Shown here: one piece after another, positions 7,384-14,718 of the stretch
Position numbering within the stretch: the first letter of the stretch is position 1
Layout: each line of letters opens with the position of its first letter
From: an uncultured virus (IMG/VR IMGVR_UViG_3300033165_000106)
Taxonomy: Duplodnaviria > Heunggongvirae > Uroviricota > Caudoviricetes
Length of the DNA stretch: 20,000 nt
Direction: 5' to 3' (one strand)
IMG/VR virus record: IMGVR_UViG_3300033165_000106
Position numbers and translations under genes: made by a program
Notes under the pieces: generated by a model
The model's database searches: none
Told to the model about the DNA's origin: nothing
Seen by the model: the letters and a program-made list of their open reading frames with translations, nothing else

Positions 7384-7651
7384 GATAGACAGGCTGACAG
7401 ATGAGCAAGTCGAATCTCTTCTGCAGGAATATAAAGAGAGATACGAAAAAGAGGTTGACAATATTCTCGAAACACGCTCTCCTAACGATTATGTGTTGGA
7501 TGAGATTTATCAGATCATTTGCGTGTTATCTGAGATTCAAGATACACGAAATGCACTCAGAAAAATTGCTTATCGGTTTTATTTGACAGATCCAGTTGAT
7601 ACGGTTACTATTTTACGAGATACTGCTGTAGAGGCTTTAGAAGATGAATGA
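7370..7651 (+). CDS. Hypothetical phage protein (93 aa)
   Basis: GGAG upstream; overlaps both neighbours. Confidence 0.65.
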   Translation: MRTFKIDRLTDEQVESLLQEYKERYEKEVDNILETRSPNDYVLDEIYQIICVLSEIQDTRNALRKIAYRFYLTDPVDTVTILRDTAVEALEDE

Positions 7652-7868
7652 TATTGATGATATAGCGTATCTTGTTTATGATTTGCTAAGTTGTGATGAG
7701 AGCTTGAGTTGGACTATAGGTGATTTATATTGGGCATTAAGTGCAACAGAACCTGACAAGGATATTACACTGAATGAAGTTAGATATGCTGTATGGTATT
7801 TGATTGACGAAGTAAAAGCCGATTTAACATCTGACAGAAAGGTTATATTTCACAATGATAACGTTTAA
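7644..7868 (+). CDS. Hypothetical acidic protein (74 aa), possibly winged-helix-like
   Basis: GAGG upstream. WTIGDLY...ITLNEVRYAVWYLIDE helical pattern (weak). Confidence 0.6.
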   Translation: MNDIDDIAYLVYDLLSCDESLSWTIGDLYWALSATEPDKDITLNEVRYAVWYLIDEVKADLTSDRKVIFHNDNV

Positions 7869-7995
7869 GTGGGGCCAATTCACGATTAGGGTGAACATTT
7901 TACTTCTGTTGTGTGTTCCACTTATGTTATTTGGTCAGTATGAGATAGCAATCTGGTTAGTGTTGTGCGGTATATACGGAGTGTTGGCGCAATGA
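7855..7995 (+). CDS. Small hydrophobic membrane protein (46 aa), absent from the supplied ORF track
   Basis: Manual translation gives MITFKWGQFTIRVNILLLLCVPLMLFGQYEIAIWLVLCGIYGVLAQ*. AGAAAGG lies upstream, the ORF fills the gap, and it ends in an ATGA overlap with the next gene. Confidence 0.65.
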   Translation: MITFKWGQFTIRVNILLLLCVPLMLFGQYEIAIWLVLCGIYGVLAQ

Positions 7996-8357
7996 AACCT
8001 AAGCGAGGCGTGTTTTCTTTGCGGGGTTGGTTGTACTGGCAATTGCGCGTGTTGCCAGATAAAGATGATGTTAAAGATGTGTTTAAGTCACTTTTAGATT
8101 TTTTGGATGAGATGACATCTGATACAGAATCGAGTATAGGAATTAGTTCTATACTGTTTGGTATTTGTTTTATGGTTGTTTCTCTAACCCTGATAGTTGT
8201 TGGAGAAGTATTATCTATATCAGTAGATGATTACGCGGGATATATAATTTTACTCTCTCTTCTGTTATCTTTTTTAAGTATTTCTCTCATGCACTATCTT
8301 TTGTATGTATATAAAGCAGAACTCAAGGAGAAAAATGATGAAACCCAATCGCGGTGA
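7992..8357 (+). CDS. Membrane protein with two predicted TM segments
   Basis: ATG 7992 overlaps the upstream TGA. Hydrophobic stretches ISSILFGICFMVVSLTLIVVG and YIILLSLLLSFLSISLMHYLLYV. Confidence 0.7.
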   Translation: MKPKRGVFSLRGWLYWQLRVLPDKDDVKDVFKSLLDFLDEMTSDTESSIGISSILFGICFMVVSLTLIVVGEVLSISVDDYAGYIILLSLLLSFLSISLMHYLLYVYKAELKEKNDETQSR

Positions 8358-8562
8358 TGTGGTCTATATCGTAGATCGAAACGGAAAGAAGACTCACAAT
8401 AAAACCCATGTAATGCACGTGTGGGAAAATTACGACGACTGCTGGCATATTCATGATGAGTTTGTCGTGCCCATGAAAGTTAGGTGGGACGGCGAAAGTT
8501 GGATACAGTGTATAGAAAGGCCAAGCGAGACAAAAACGAAAAGCGACTCGTGGATTTTTTAA
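8335..8562 (+). CDS. Hypothetical phage protein (SH3-like beta pattern)
   Basis: AAGGAG at 8325-8330 precedes ATG 8335; starts KPNRGDVVYIVD. Confidence 0.65.
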   Translation: MMKPNRGDVVYIVDRNGKKTHNKTHVMHVWENYDDCWHIHDEFVVPMKVRWDGESWIQCIERPSETKTKSDSWIF

Positions 8563-8843
8563 GGCGATGCGGAGCGTCAATAGCCTATCTGGACGATCCT
8601 GGTGTACCGGATCTTCTGGTGGGCTATTGTGGTTTAAATCTGTTATTAGAAGTCAAAGGGCAGAAAGGTAGACTTACCAGTGCTCAAAAATCTTTTATCC
8701 AGAATTGGAGCGGCACCGTTTATGTGGTCAGAACCATCCGAGATGTCAAACTTGCCCTTAGATCCGAGCGCCTACGGCATAACGGATGTTTACACCTGGC
8801 GGCAGTATCTCAAAAAGGAACTGCTCAAGAAGCGGGGGTATAA
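8508..8843 (+). CDS. VRR-NUC-type PD-(D/E)XK nuclease (putative Holliday junction resolvase)
   Basis: KRDKNE..LVDFLR..GA, GVPDLLVGY, LLEVK, GRLTSAQ..F...W.G..YVVRT. Start uncertain (GTG 8508 or 8484). Confidence 0.85.
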   Translation: MYRKAKRDKNEKRLVDFLRRCGASIAYLDDPGVPDLLVGYCGLNLLLEVKGQKGRLTSAQKSFIQNWSGTVYVVRTIRDVKLALRSERLRHNGCLHLAAVSQKGTAQEAGV

Positions 8844-9108
8844 GTCAGATTGGTCGGGCGAGAAACTTAAAGGGTGTCACATGCACGAGGGTATTCTGAC
8901 TCGCGCTAATGTCCCTAAAAGTATTTCGTGGCATATTCTGATCTACCACGAATATAACTGCTTTCTTCTTTCGGTAGACGAGCATACACCCGCTCCACCG
9001 TCAAGGGAATGGTGTATTGAGAAGTCCTACGAACTCTATGGCAGAGACAAAGTAAGATTCTGGTACTATCACTTACCTTTCAAGGTATTTCCGTTTCAAC
9101 TCCCTTGA
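8743..9108 (+). CDS. Degenerate HNH/NinG-like protein
   Basis: KRGYKSDWSG....CHMHE...YNCFLLSVDEH follows HNH spacing (R..C..CG..H.HH..N...LC..CH) but with the Zn-ligand cysteines replaced. Start uncertain. Confidence 0.5.
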   Translation: MSNLPLDPSAYGITDVYTWRQYLKKELLKKRGYKSDWSGEKLKGCHMHEGILTRANVPKSISWHILIYHEYNCFLLSVDEHTPAPPSREWCIEKSYELYGRDKVRFWYYHLPFKVFPFQLP

Positions 9109-9133
9109 CAAACATTAAATCCCGTGTTACACT
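9105..9133 (+). promoter_or_regulatory. sigma70 promoter (with RBS AAGGAG at 9141-9146) originally driving the gene at 10832
   Basis: TTGACA (9105-9110), 17-bp spacer, TACACT (9128-9133), with extended -10 TG at 9125-9126. Confidence 0.75.
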
Positions 9134-10351
9134 CTACTCAAAGGAGAGCGTACGTGACGACTCTCCCCGCTTTAGCGGGGAGCTTCCCAGAGCACGCTCG
9201 CCGCAACCGGCCACGTTACGCTCTGGCGGCCCCGTCCGGGCCGAGTTGACCGCTAAAAACAAGATATTCCGAGCGGCGTTCACGTCGCGGTCAGCCATGT
9301 AGCCGCAGTGAGGACAACGGTGTACACGAACGCTCAAATCCTTTTCGACCATCGCCCCACAGGCCGAGCACACCTGCGATGTGTAGGCGGGGTTCACAGT
9401 CACCACTTCAGTACCAGCACTCTCAGCCTTGTACTGAAGCAGTTGTCGGAACTCCGCCAGCCCCGCATCGTATGCGCTCAGGGCCAGGCGGCGGTTGGCG
9501 GTCAGAAAAGTGAGCGTGAGGTCTTCGAGGGCAATCAGCCCGTAGGCATCGACAAGCTGGCGGGTGAGCTTGTGCCAGAAATCGCGACGCTGGTTGGCGA
9601 CGCGTTCGTGCAGCCGGGCGACCTGCGCGGCGGCTTCCCGCCAGCCACGGCTGCCCTTCCTGCGCCGCGCCATGCGCCGCTGAGCGACACGCAGTTTCGC
9701 CAGCGAACGGCGCAGCCAGCGCGGGTTATCGACCGTGACGCCATCCGACAGCGCCAGCAGGCTATGCAATCCCATGTCGATGCCAACCGCCGGGCCGGTG
9801 TGTGGGACCACAATTGGCTCAGGCAGGTCGAGCATCAAGCACACGTACCACTTGCGGTTGCGACGCTTCAAGATGACGTGCTTGATCGTCGCGTCGTTAG
9901 GAACCGAACGGTGATACTTGACTTTGACTTCACCCACGTTCTGAACGTAGAACAGCGCCCGTTCGCGGTCGTCAAAGCGCAGCTTACAGCCATCGCCGTA
10001 GCGGTATTCCAGGCTGTTGAAGTGGTGACGCCCCTTGAAGCGCGGAAAGCCCGCCTTCTCGCCCGCTTCCAGGCGGCGGAAGAACGCGCGAAAGGCTTTG
10101 TCCAGGCGGCGCAGCATCTGCTGTACGCTGGTCGCGTTCAACTGGCCGAGCGTGTCGGGATTGGCGCGGCGCTGGTCACGAAAGTGCGCACACTGCTGGG
10201 TGTAGCTCACGCCCTTGCCAGTCTCTTTGTAGACGGTGATGCGCTGTTCCAGCGCGGCATTGTAGAGCAGGCGAGCTTGCCACAGCAGGAAGTCGAGCGC
10301 CTTCTCTTGCGCGTTCGTGGGATACAGCCGGTACTTGTAGGTGCGGATCAT
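9134..10351 (-). CDS. tnpB: TnpB RNA-guided endonuclease (IS605 OrfB)
   Basis: N-terminal RTYKYRLYPT HTH, FPRFK, RuvC-I GIDMG, RuvC-II IALEDL, Zn finger CSACG...CPHCG, RuvC-III DRDVNAARNI. All three catalytic acidic residues are intact. Confidence 0.96.
   Translation of the reverse strand: MIRTYKYRLYPTNAQEKALDFLLWQARLLYNAALEQRITVYKETGKGVSYTQQCAHFRDQRRANPDTLGQLNATSVQQMLRRLDKAFRAFFRRLEAGEKAGFPRFKGRHHFNSLEYRYGDGCKLRFDDRERALFYVQNVGEVKVKYHRSVPNDATIKHVILKRRNRKWYVCLMLDLPEPIVVPHTGPAVGIDMGLHSLLALSDGVTVDNPRWLRRSLAKLRVAQRRMARRRKGSRGWREAAAQVARLHERVANQRRDFWHKLTRQLVDAYGLIALEDLTLTFLTANRRLALSAYDAGLAEFRQLLQYKAESAGTEVVTVNPAYTSQVCSACGAMVEKDLSVRVHRCPHCGYMADRDVNAARNILFLAVNSARTGPPERNVAGCGERALGSSPLKRGESSRTLSFE
9138..9330 (-). 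ncRNA. Predicted TnpB omegaRNA (reRNA) overlapping the tnpB 3' end and RE, with guide from the flank
   Basis: Inferred from known IS605 biology (e.g. ISDra2): the scaffold ends at the RE (9154) and the guide is the adjacent flank GTACGCTCTCCTTTGA. The 5' boundary is a guess. Confidence 0.5.
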
Positions 10352-10354
10352 GCG

Positions 10355-10744
10355 CTATTGCCCCCTTTGTTCATCAATGTACCGCTTGATTATCTCTGCG
10401 CTGACGTGCCCGGCTGTTCCAACATAGTACGAACGTGTCCAAAGCGAAGGCAAGCGACTCCTGAGATGCGGAAATTCTTTTCGCAGTTGATAGCTGGTCT
10501 CACCTTTCAGTCGGTACATGATCTGGCTAATCGCCAAAGTTGGCGGGAATGAAGCGAACAGGTGCACGTGGTCTGGCATCACAACCAGATCAAGCACCTC
10601 ACCACCAAGCTCCCGGACGTAATCGGGCAGCAACTTGGTAAGGCGCACGCCAACAGCACCATCCAAAACTGGACGCCGATATTTCGGACACCAGATGAGG
10701 TGGTAGTTGATGTTGTAGGTTGCGTGTCGAGTTTGTTTGCTCAT
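10355..10744 (-). CDS. tnpA: IS200/IS605 HUH (Y1) transposase TnpA
   Basis: YHLIWCPKYRR, HUH motif MPDHVHLF, KG.TS, LWTRSYYVGTAG, catalytic YIDEQ. Confidence 0.96.
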   Translation of the reverse strand: MSKQTRHATYNINYHLIWCPKYRRPVLDGAVGVRLTKLLPDYVRELGGEVLDLVVMPDHVHLFASFPPTLAISQIMYRLKGETSYQLRKEFPHLRSRLPSLWTRSYYVGTAGHVSAEIIKRYIDEQRGQ

Positions 10745-10753
10745 AGCAATTTA

Positions 10754-10782
10754 ATTATATCACGGGAGAGGAAAGGAGGCAA
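10754..10782 (-). promoter_or_regulatory. IS-internal sigma70 promoter for tnpA-tnpB (near-leaderless transcript)
   Basis: On the - strand: TTGCCT (10782-10777), 17 bp, TATAAT (10759-10754) with extended TG. Only 9 nt separate the -10 from the tnpA ATG and there is no SD. Confidence 0.7.
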
Positions 10783-10831
10783 GCGCCATTTCCCACCGAG
10801 CTAAAGCCCGGTGTCCCTCGGCGCAATTTCT

Positions 10832-11065
10832 ATGGGATTCTGGAATTTTCCTCGAAGCTCCAAGTTAGACATCTTAGACGACCGCAGACACGTTCACATT
10901 TACCTGTCTGCTTTTCGTGATCCAGAAACTCAGATTGAAACAGTAGACCGTGAATCGTATTGTCTTTACGGGTTGGACGAGGCTTTGTTAGCTGAGCCGC
11001 GTCACCCCTTCTTGAAGTTGGCTTTTGCTATTTATTGTATGGTTTATGCTTGCTTTAAAGTTTAA
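10832..11065 (+). CDS. Hypothetical phage protein (77 aa) separated from its promoter and RBS by the IS
   Basis: ATG 10832 abuts the IS left end. Removing 9154-10831 gives AAGGAG-agcgtac-ATG. Confidence 0.7.
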   Translation: MGFWNFPRSSKLDILDDRRHVHIYLSAFRDPETQIETVDRESYCLYGLDEALLAEPRHPFLKLAFAIYCMVYACFKV

Positions 11066-11457
11066 GCCATACCCGCTATACCGTACCAGTCAAATCCGTC
11101 GCAGATGATCAGCATTTTATTGAACTGTGTTGTGGCTGTTTTAGTGAGAGATCCGTTGATTAATTCTGTTCCGTCTCCGTCAACTGTAACAGTGTTTGCT
11201 GATGCGTCTATTTTGACGAATCCCAATATACGACCCGGATCGTTGGCGGCGGCGGGGAGATTAATAGTAATGTTTCCGCCAGATGCGTCGGCTAAAATAA
11301 TCGTTTCTCGTTCGGGAGAGTAAGGCGAATCGGCGGCAGTGATAGATACAAATCTCCAATAAACCAAAGGCTCTTGCGCCTCCAGATTATTGACGCGACT
11401 ATCTAGATCGCGGAATTGAGAAACAAAATCTCGATAAACTCTACGCAGATCTTCCAT
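11062..11457 (-). CDS. Small tail fibre / tail-tip accessory protein
   Basis: N-terminal coiled coil (LDSRVNNLEAQE), then IILADASGGNITINLPAA...FVKIDASANTVTVDG.GTELING, a beta-rich domain common in phage fibre proteins. Last gene of the tail operon. Confidence 0.7.
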   Translation of the reverse strand: MEDLRRVYRDFVSQFRDLDSRVNNLEAQEPLVYWRFVSITAADSPYSPERETIILADASGGNITINLPAAANDPGRILGFVKIDASANTVTVDGDGTELINGSLTKTATTQFNKMLIICDGFDWYGIAGMA

Positions 11458-11458
11458 A

Positions 11459-13846
11459 TTAACCGCCGCAAATTCCTATGAATTCGTTATTGGTGTCTGA
11501 GTAAAAGTCAGATAAGTTTCCGGCTTTTGATTGAATAGTTGCGCCAAAGTCGTTTGAATAGGCTATTGAGTATTGAGTACCCCATAAATAAAGCGATGTA
11601 GTTGTATCTCCCGCAATAGCAACCCTGCGATAGCCTGTATTTGGTCCCTGTCTTAGTGTCCACGTAGATCCTGCATCTTCGCTGGTGTAAAAGTACCAGC
11701 GATCTATTGTCCAACTACCTTGACCACAAAAGGCCATGTAATTTCTATTTTGAAAAGAGCTTACAATTCCCCAACGAGTTCTCCACGGAGAAACACGGCG
11801 CGTTCCTATGATGCCGCCCGGCTGTGGGGAGATTTCTCCGCTTGATCCGTCAGCCAGTGTCCGATATAAGCGGGTATCATCTGCGTTGTCGGTACTGGTT
11901 ACGTTGTAATAGGCTATATTCTCATTGTCGTTGTCGTGATAAGGAATGTGCAGATCCCAACCGCCATGTTTAGACAAAAGCATCAGGGGCGACTGTGGTC
12001 CGTGAGTTGTAATTTTAGACCACGTTGCTCCATAATCTGTACTTTTATACCCTTTACCGGCCTTTGTGCCTGTTTCGCCTCCAGTAATAATAACTAACCC
12101 CGCTGTTTTAGATGACACATAGCACCCACATATAGGATAAACATCCGCAGTACCTGCAACTTCAACTTCGGTCCACGTTGTTCCGCTGTTGGTTGTATAT
12201 GCCACACGTGTAGATCTAGATGGAAGCGGACTACCCCAAACCAATACAACATGACCCTGAATACCAAAACTAGCATCTGCCATTGATCTATTTTGGTGTG
12301 ATCCATATGTCGGATCAGTGTAGGGGGGTGCAAAAGTGTGTTCGCTCAGTGTATGTTGTTCGGTGAATATAGGAATGCCAAAAATATCAGTAACGCGGTA
12401 GATTTTTGTGGTAGTAAATAGCCACCCATTAACCGCCGTTCCGCCCCCTACATATCCCGGCGAAAAGGCGTCCACTACAAAATTAGCGGGAAGTCCGTCA
12501 ACTCCCATGTCTGTTTGATTCCATGTAGGATTTGCGGCAGTAAAATTAGATGTTCGATATAAATATCCGTCTGTTCTAAAGGCGGCAATTTTTTGTGTTC
12601 CACTCAGTAACGCCCACGGACCAACTTCGACAACTGGCTCGAACGGATATGGATCTTCATAGTCGATAGTCCATTCTGCCAGATATTCGACCATTGCATC
12701 CGATAAACCGTCCATTTCTACGTCAATGCGCTCGATGAAGGTTGTATCTTTGGACGTATTGACTGTGACGTGAATTTCTTTAATTTCTTTTGATTCGAGA
12801 TGGTCAAAATATTTAGCCGTGACGATATCGCCCAGATTAAAGTCGCGCATCCAACGAGTAGATTCGTTCTGTCTTAAATTAAAAGTGACACTTTTCTTGG
12901 CGGCATTTTTTTCTAGATAAGAGCGACCGACTGTGAGCATCTCAGCATTTGATTCAGCACCGCGACTGTCAATGTAAGCCTCTTTTCGAATGCGGGGTGA
13001 CTCAGCCAAAGCCGTGAGATTGGAAAGCTCCAATAACTTACGCTTGATACCTACCCCCGTACCGGCGACGTAAACAACGGTCTTCTGTTCCGAATAGTTT
13101 TTGGATAAAATAGGGATGTCCATGTTCTTTTTCATGAAATCAAAGAGCATGGGATCGCCCTTGTCGGGATTGGTGGAGTTGATACGTCGATCTAATCCCC
13201 AAATTTCGCGGGTGTATAGTGCAAAGGTGACGGGCGGATCGTCCGCTCCGACAATGCCAAATTTTACGTTTCCATCTTCAGCCAGCGTCTGACAGGCAGT
13301 TAAAAGGTTGGTATAACGGGGTGAGTAAGTAACCGTATTGCCCCCATCGGGAGCGGCGGCAATCGCAAAACCGGGCATAGCGCGGTCGGCGTCGGGTACC
13401 GATCCCGTGAGCATATTAAAAGCCACGTACTCTTTGATGGCTGTGCCTGCGGCAGCAGTAACTTCATGCACTTCCCAGTCCGCCACGGGGGGAATAATGA
13501 CTCTACGATTCAGCCATTCAGTATAACCCTGACCGTAAAGAGTTAAAATAATATCGCCGTTTTTTCTCGCCTGATCAACAGTTGTCTGGTGAAAGCCTTC
13601 CCAGACTTTATCTTTATCCAATGTCACAGGATCTGTTCTGTAAATTAAATAAAACCAGTCTGGACCGATTGATCTCAAAGTTTCGAGACGGGGATCATCA
13701 TAGGAAAGATCGTAACGAATGGTATGGTTCCACGGCGCGTTAAGCCGTTGCCAGTATTCCAGGACCGACCAGCCCTGTAGAATAGTGACGAAATTTGAAT
13801 CTTCATCGTAGAGACGAACTTCATACAAATCTGAGGGATAAGTCAT
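11459..13846 (-). CDS. Tail-tip hub protein (siphovirus ReqiPepy6 Gp37-like) fused to a C-terminal Asp-box/BNR beta-propeller
   Basis: Position after Dit. VYVAGTGVGIKR...RKEAYIDSR...YLEKN...DFNLGDIVT is typical of Gp37-like hubs. The C-terminal half has Asp-boxes YTTNSGTTW, KSTDYGATW, TSEDAGSTW and YSNDFGATI. Confidence 0.8.
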   Translation of the reverse strand: MTYPSDLYEVRLYDEDSNFVTILQGWSVLEYWQRLNAPWNHTIRYDLSYDDPRLETLRSIGPDWFYLIYRTDPVTLDKDKVWEGFHQTTVDQARKNGDIILTLYGQGYTEWLNRRVIIPPVADWEVHEVTAAAGTAIKEYVAFNMLTGSVPDADRAMPGFAIAAAPDGGNTVTYSPRYTNLLTACQTLAEDGNVKFGIVGADDPPVTFALYTREIWGLDRRINSTNPDKGDPMLFDFMKKNMDIPILSKNYSEQKTVVYVAGTGVGIKRKLLELSNLTALAESPRIRKEAYIDSRGAESNAEMLTVGRSYLEKNAAKKSVTFNLRQNESTRWMRDFNLGDIVTAKYFDHLESKEIKEIHVTVNTSKDTTFIERIDVEMDGLSDAMVEYLAEWTIDYEDPYPFEPVVEVGPWALLSGTQKIAAFRTDGYLYRTSNFTAANPTWNQTDMGVDGLPANFVVDAFSPGYVGGGTAVNGWLFTTTKIYRVTDIFGIPIFTEQHTLSEHTFAPPYTDPTYGSHQNRSMADASFGIQGHVVLVWGSPLPSRSTRVAYTTNSGTTWTEVEVAGTADVYPICGCYVSSKTAGLVIITGGETGTKAGKGYKSTDYGATWSKITTHGPQSPLMLLSKHGGWDLHIPYHDNDNENIAYYNVTSTDNADDTRLYRTLADGSSGEISPQPGGIIGTRRVSPWRTRWGIVSSFQNRNYMAFCGQGSWTIDRWYFYTSEDAGSTWTLRQGPNTGYRRVAIAGDTTTSLYLWGTQYSIAYSNDFGATIQSKAGNLSDFYSDTNNEFIGICGG

Positions 13847-14718
13847 AAGGACAGATACCGATTATAATAAGTCATCGTAATAGTTGGAGTTCCAGAATCG
13901 AGTGTAACCTGTAAGACGTTCTCTCCGTCTGTAACAACGGGATGAGGTTGAAGGTTGAAGTTGATGAGATTAGAACTCAGAGTAAGATAACTGAGCAGGG
14001 AATCTCCGGAGTCGTTGTAGACATCTTTGATACCATAACTTAAATCAAAAGTCATAATTTCTGCTGCACCAGATGTATACTGCAAATCCATATAATACAG
14101 CGTATCTGTATTTTGAATAGCGAAGTTTTGAACAGCACCATCTACAACAATTGTCGGATATTCTTCCCAGTTGCCTTCGTAAGTAATGGTATTGTTACCT
14201 ACATTAAGCTCGACCTCAACAGGCGTGGGATCGTAAAAGAGAGGATTATAAGCTGTAAATGTCAAATCTTCCTGAATAGCATAAATATCGTCTGAATCCC
14301 GATAGGTCACGCCTCCATTCAGGTAAACATCGATGGCTCGAACAACAAGCTGTCCATCTTGAAGATAAAAGAATTTAAGCTGGCCCGGCTCTGGGTTGTT
14401 AAAGGGAGCGTAAGTGTCTGGATCGCTGGGGCGGTTAATGCGTAAGATGTCAGTTAAAGTATCCCGATTGCCCCACAACTCCGAGCGCGAGAATCCGTTA
14501 TGCCGGAACGAAAAGGAAATTGTGCGAGGATCTAAGGCGGCGCTGATGACTCGCTCCCCGTGTTGGTAGGGACCAGCCACCGAACGATACGTTCGAGGCG
14601 GCAAGCCAACTCCATCGAGATTATATACGCCTTTATTGGGGGGATCGTGTAGGTTAAACTTAATCCCGTCAGGCGTGATGTATTGAATTTTCTCTCGAAC
14701 TGGTTTACGAATCATCAA
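13843..14718 (-). CDS. Distal tail protein (Dit, Sipho_tail-like)
   Basis: Directly after the tape measure. GVGLPP...GPYQHGE...DPRTISF, FTAYNPLFYD, YEGNWEEYPTIVVDG, GENVLQV, YYNRYL. Confidence 0.85.
   Translation of the reverse strand: MMIRKPVREKIQYITPDGIKFNLHDPPNKGVYNLDGVGLPPRTYRSVAGPYQHGERVISAALDPRTISFSFRHNGFSRSELWGNRDTLTDILRINRPSDPDTYAPFNNPEPGQLKFFYLQDGQLVVRAIDVYLNGGVTYRDSDDIYAIQEDLTFTAYNPLFYDPTPVEVELNVGNNTITYEGNWEEYPTIVVDGAVQNFAIQNTDTLYYMDLQYTSGAAEIMTFDLSYGIKDVYNDSGDSLLSYLTLSSNLINFNLQPHPVVTDGENVLQVTLDSGTPTITMTYYNRYLSL

Larger units (their letters stand above)
9154..10831 (-). mobile_element. Complete IS200/IS605-family insertion sequence (tnpA + tnpB)
   Basis: On the - strand, the LE hairpin CACCGGGC-TTTA-GCTCGGTG (10794-10813) is preceded by guide GGGA, and the target tetranucleotide CCAT (10832-10835) lies just outside. 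The RE hairpin CTCCCCGC-TAAA-GCGGGGAG (9163-9182) is preceded by guide GAAG, and the element ends in TCAC at 9154. Both guide/cleavage pairs fit the IS608 pairing rule. There are no terminal IRs or TSD, and the element is GC-rich relative to its flanks. Confidence 0.92.

Noticed and set aside
9308..10552. 414-aa ORF on the + strand inside the IS
   Set aside because: Antisense shadow of the GC-rich tnpB/tnpA genes; no RBS and no recognisable motifs.
10765..10831. Strong SD-like GGAGAGGAAAGGAGG in the IS left end as a replacement RBS for the downstream gene (ORF-track start GTG 10811)
   Set aside because: It is more than 30 nt from GTG 10811 and more than 50 nt from ATG 10832, with the LE hairpin in between. 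It is better explained as the spacer and -35 region of the - strand tnpA promoter.
11040..11090. Rho-independent terminator at the convergence of the two arms
   Set aside because: The two stop codons overlap (TTAA at 11062-11065) and no convincing GC stem with a U-tract is visible.
11062..13846. Diversity-generating retroelement or invertible shufflon acting on tail genes
   Set aside because: No reverse transcriptase, no TR/VR pair and no inverted crossover repeats seen around the tail genes in this window.
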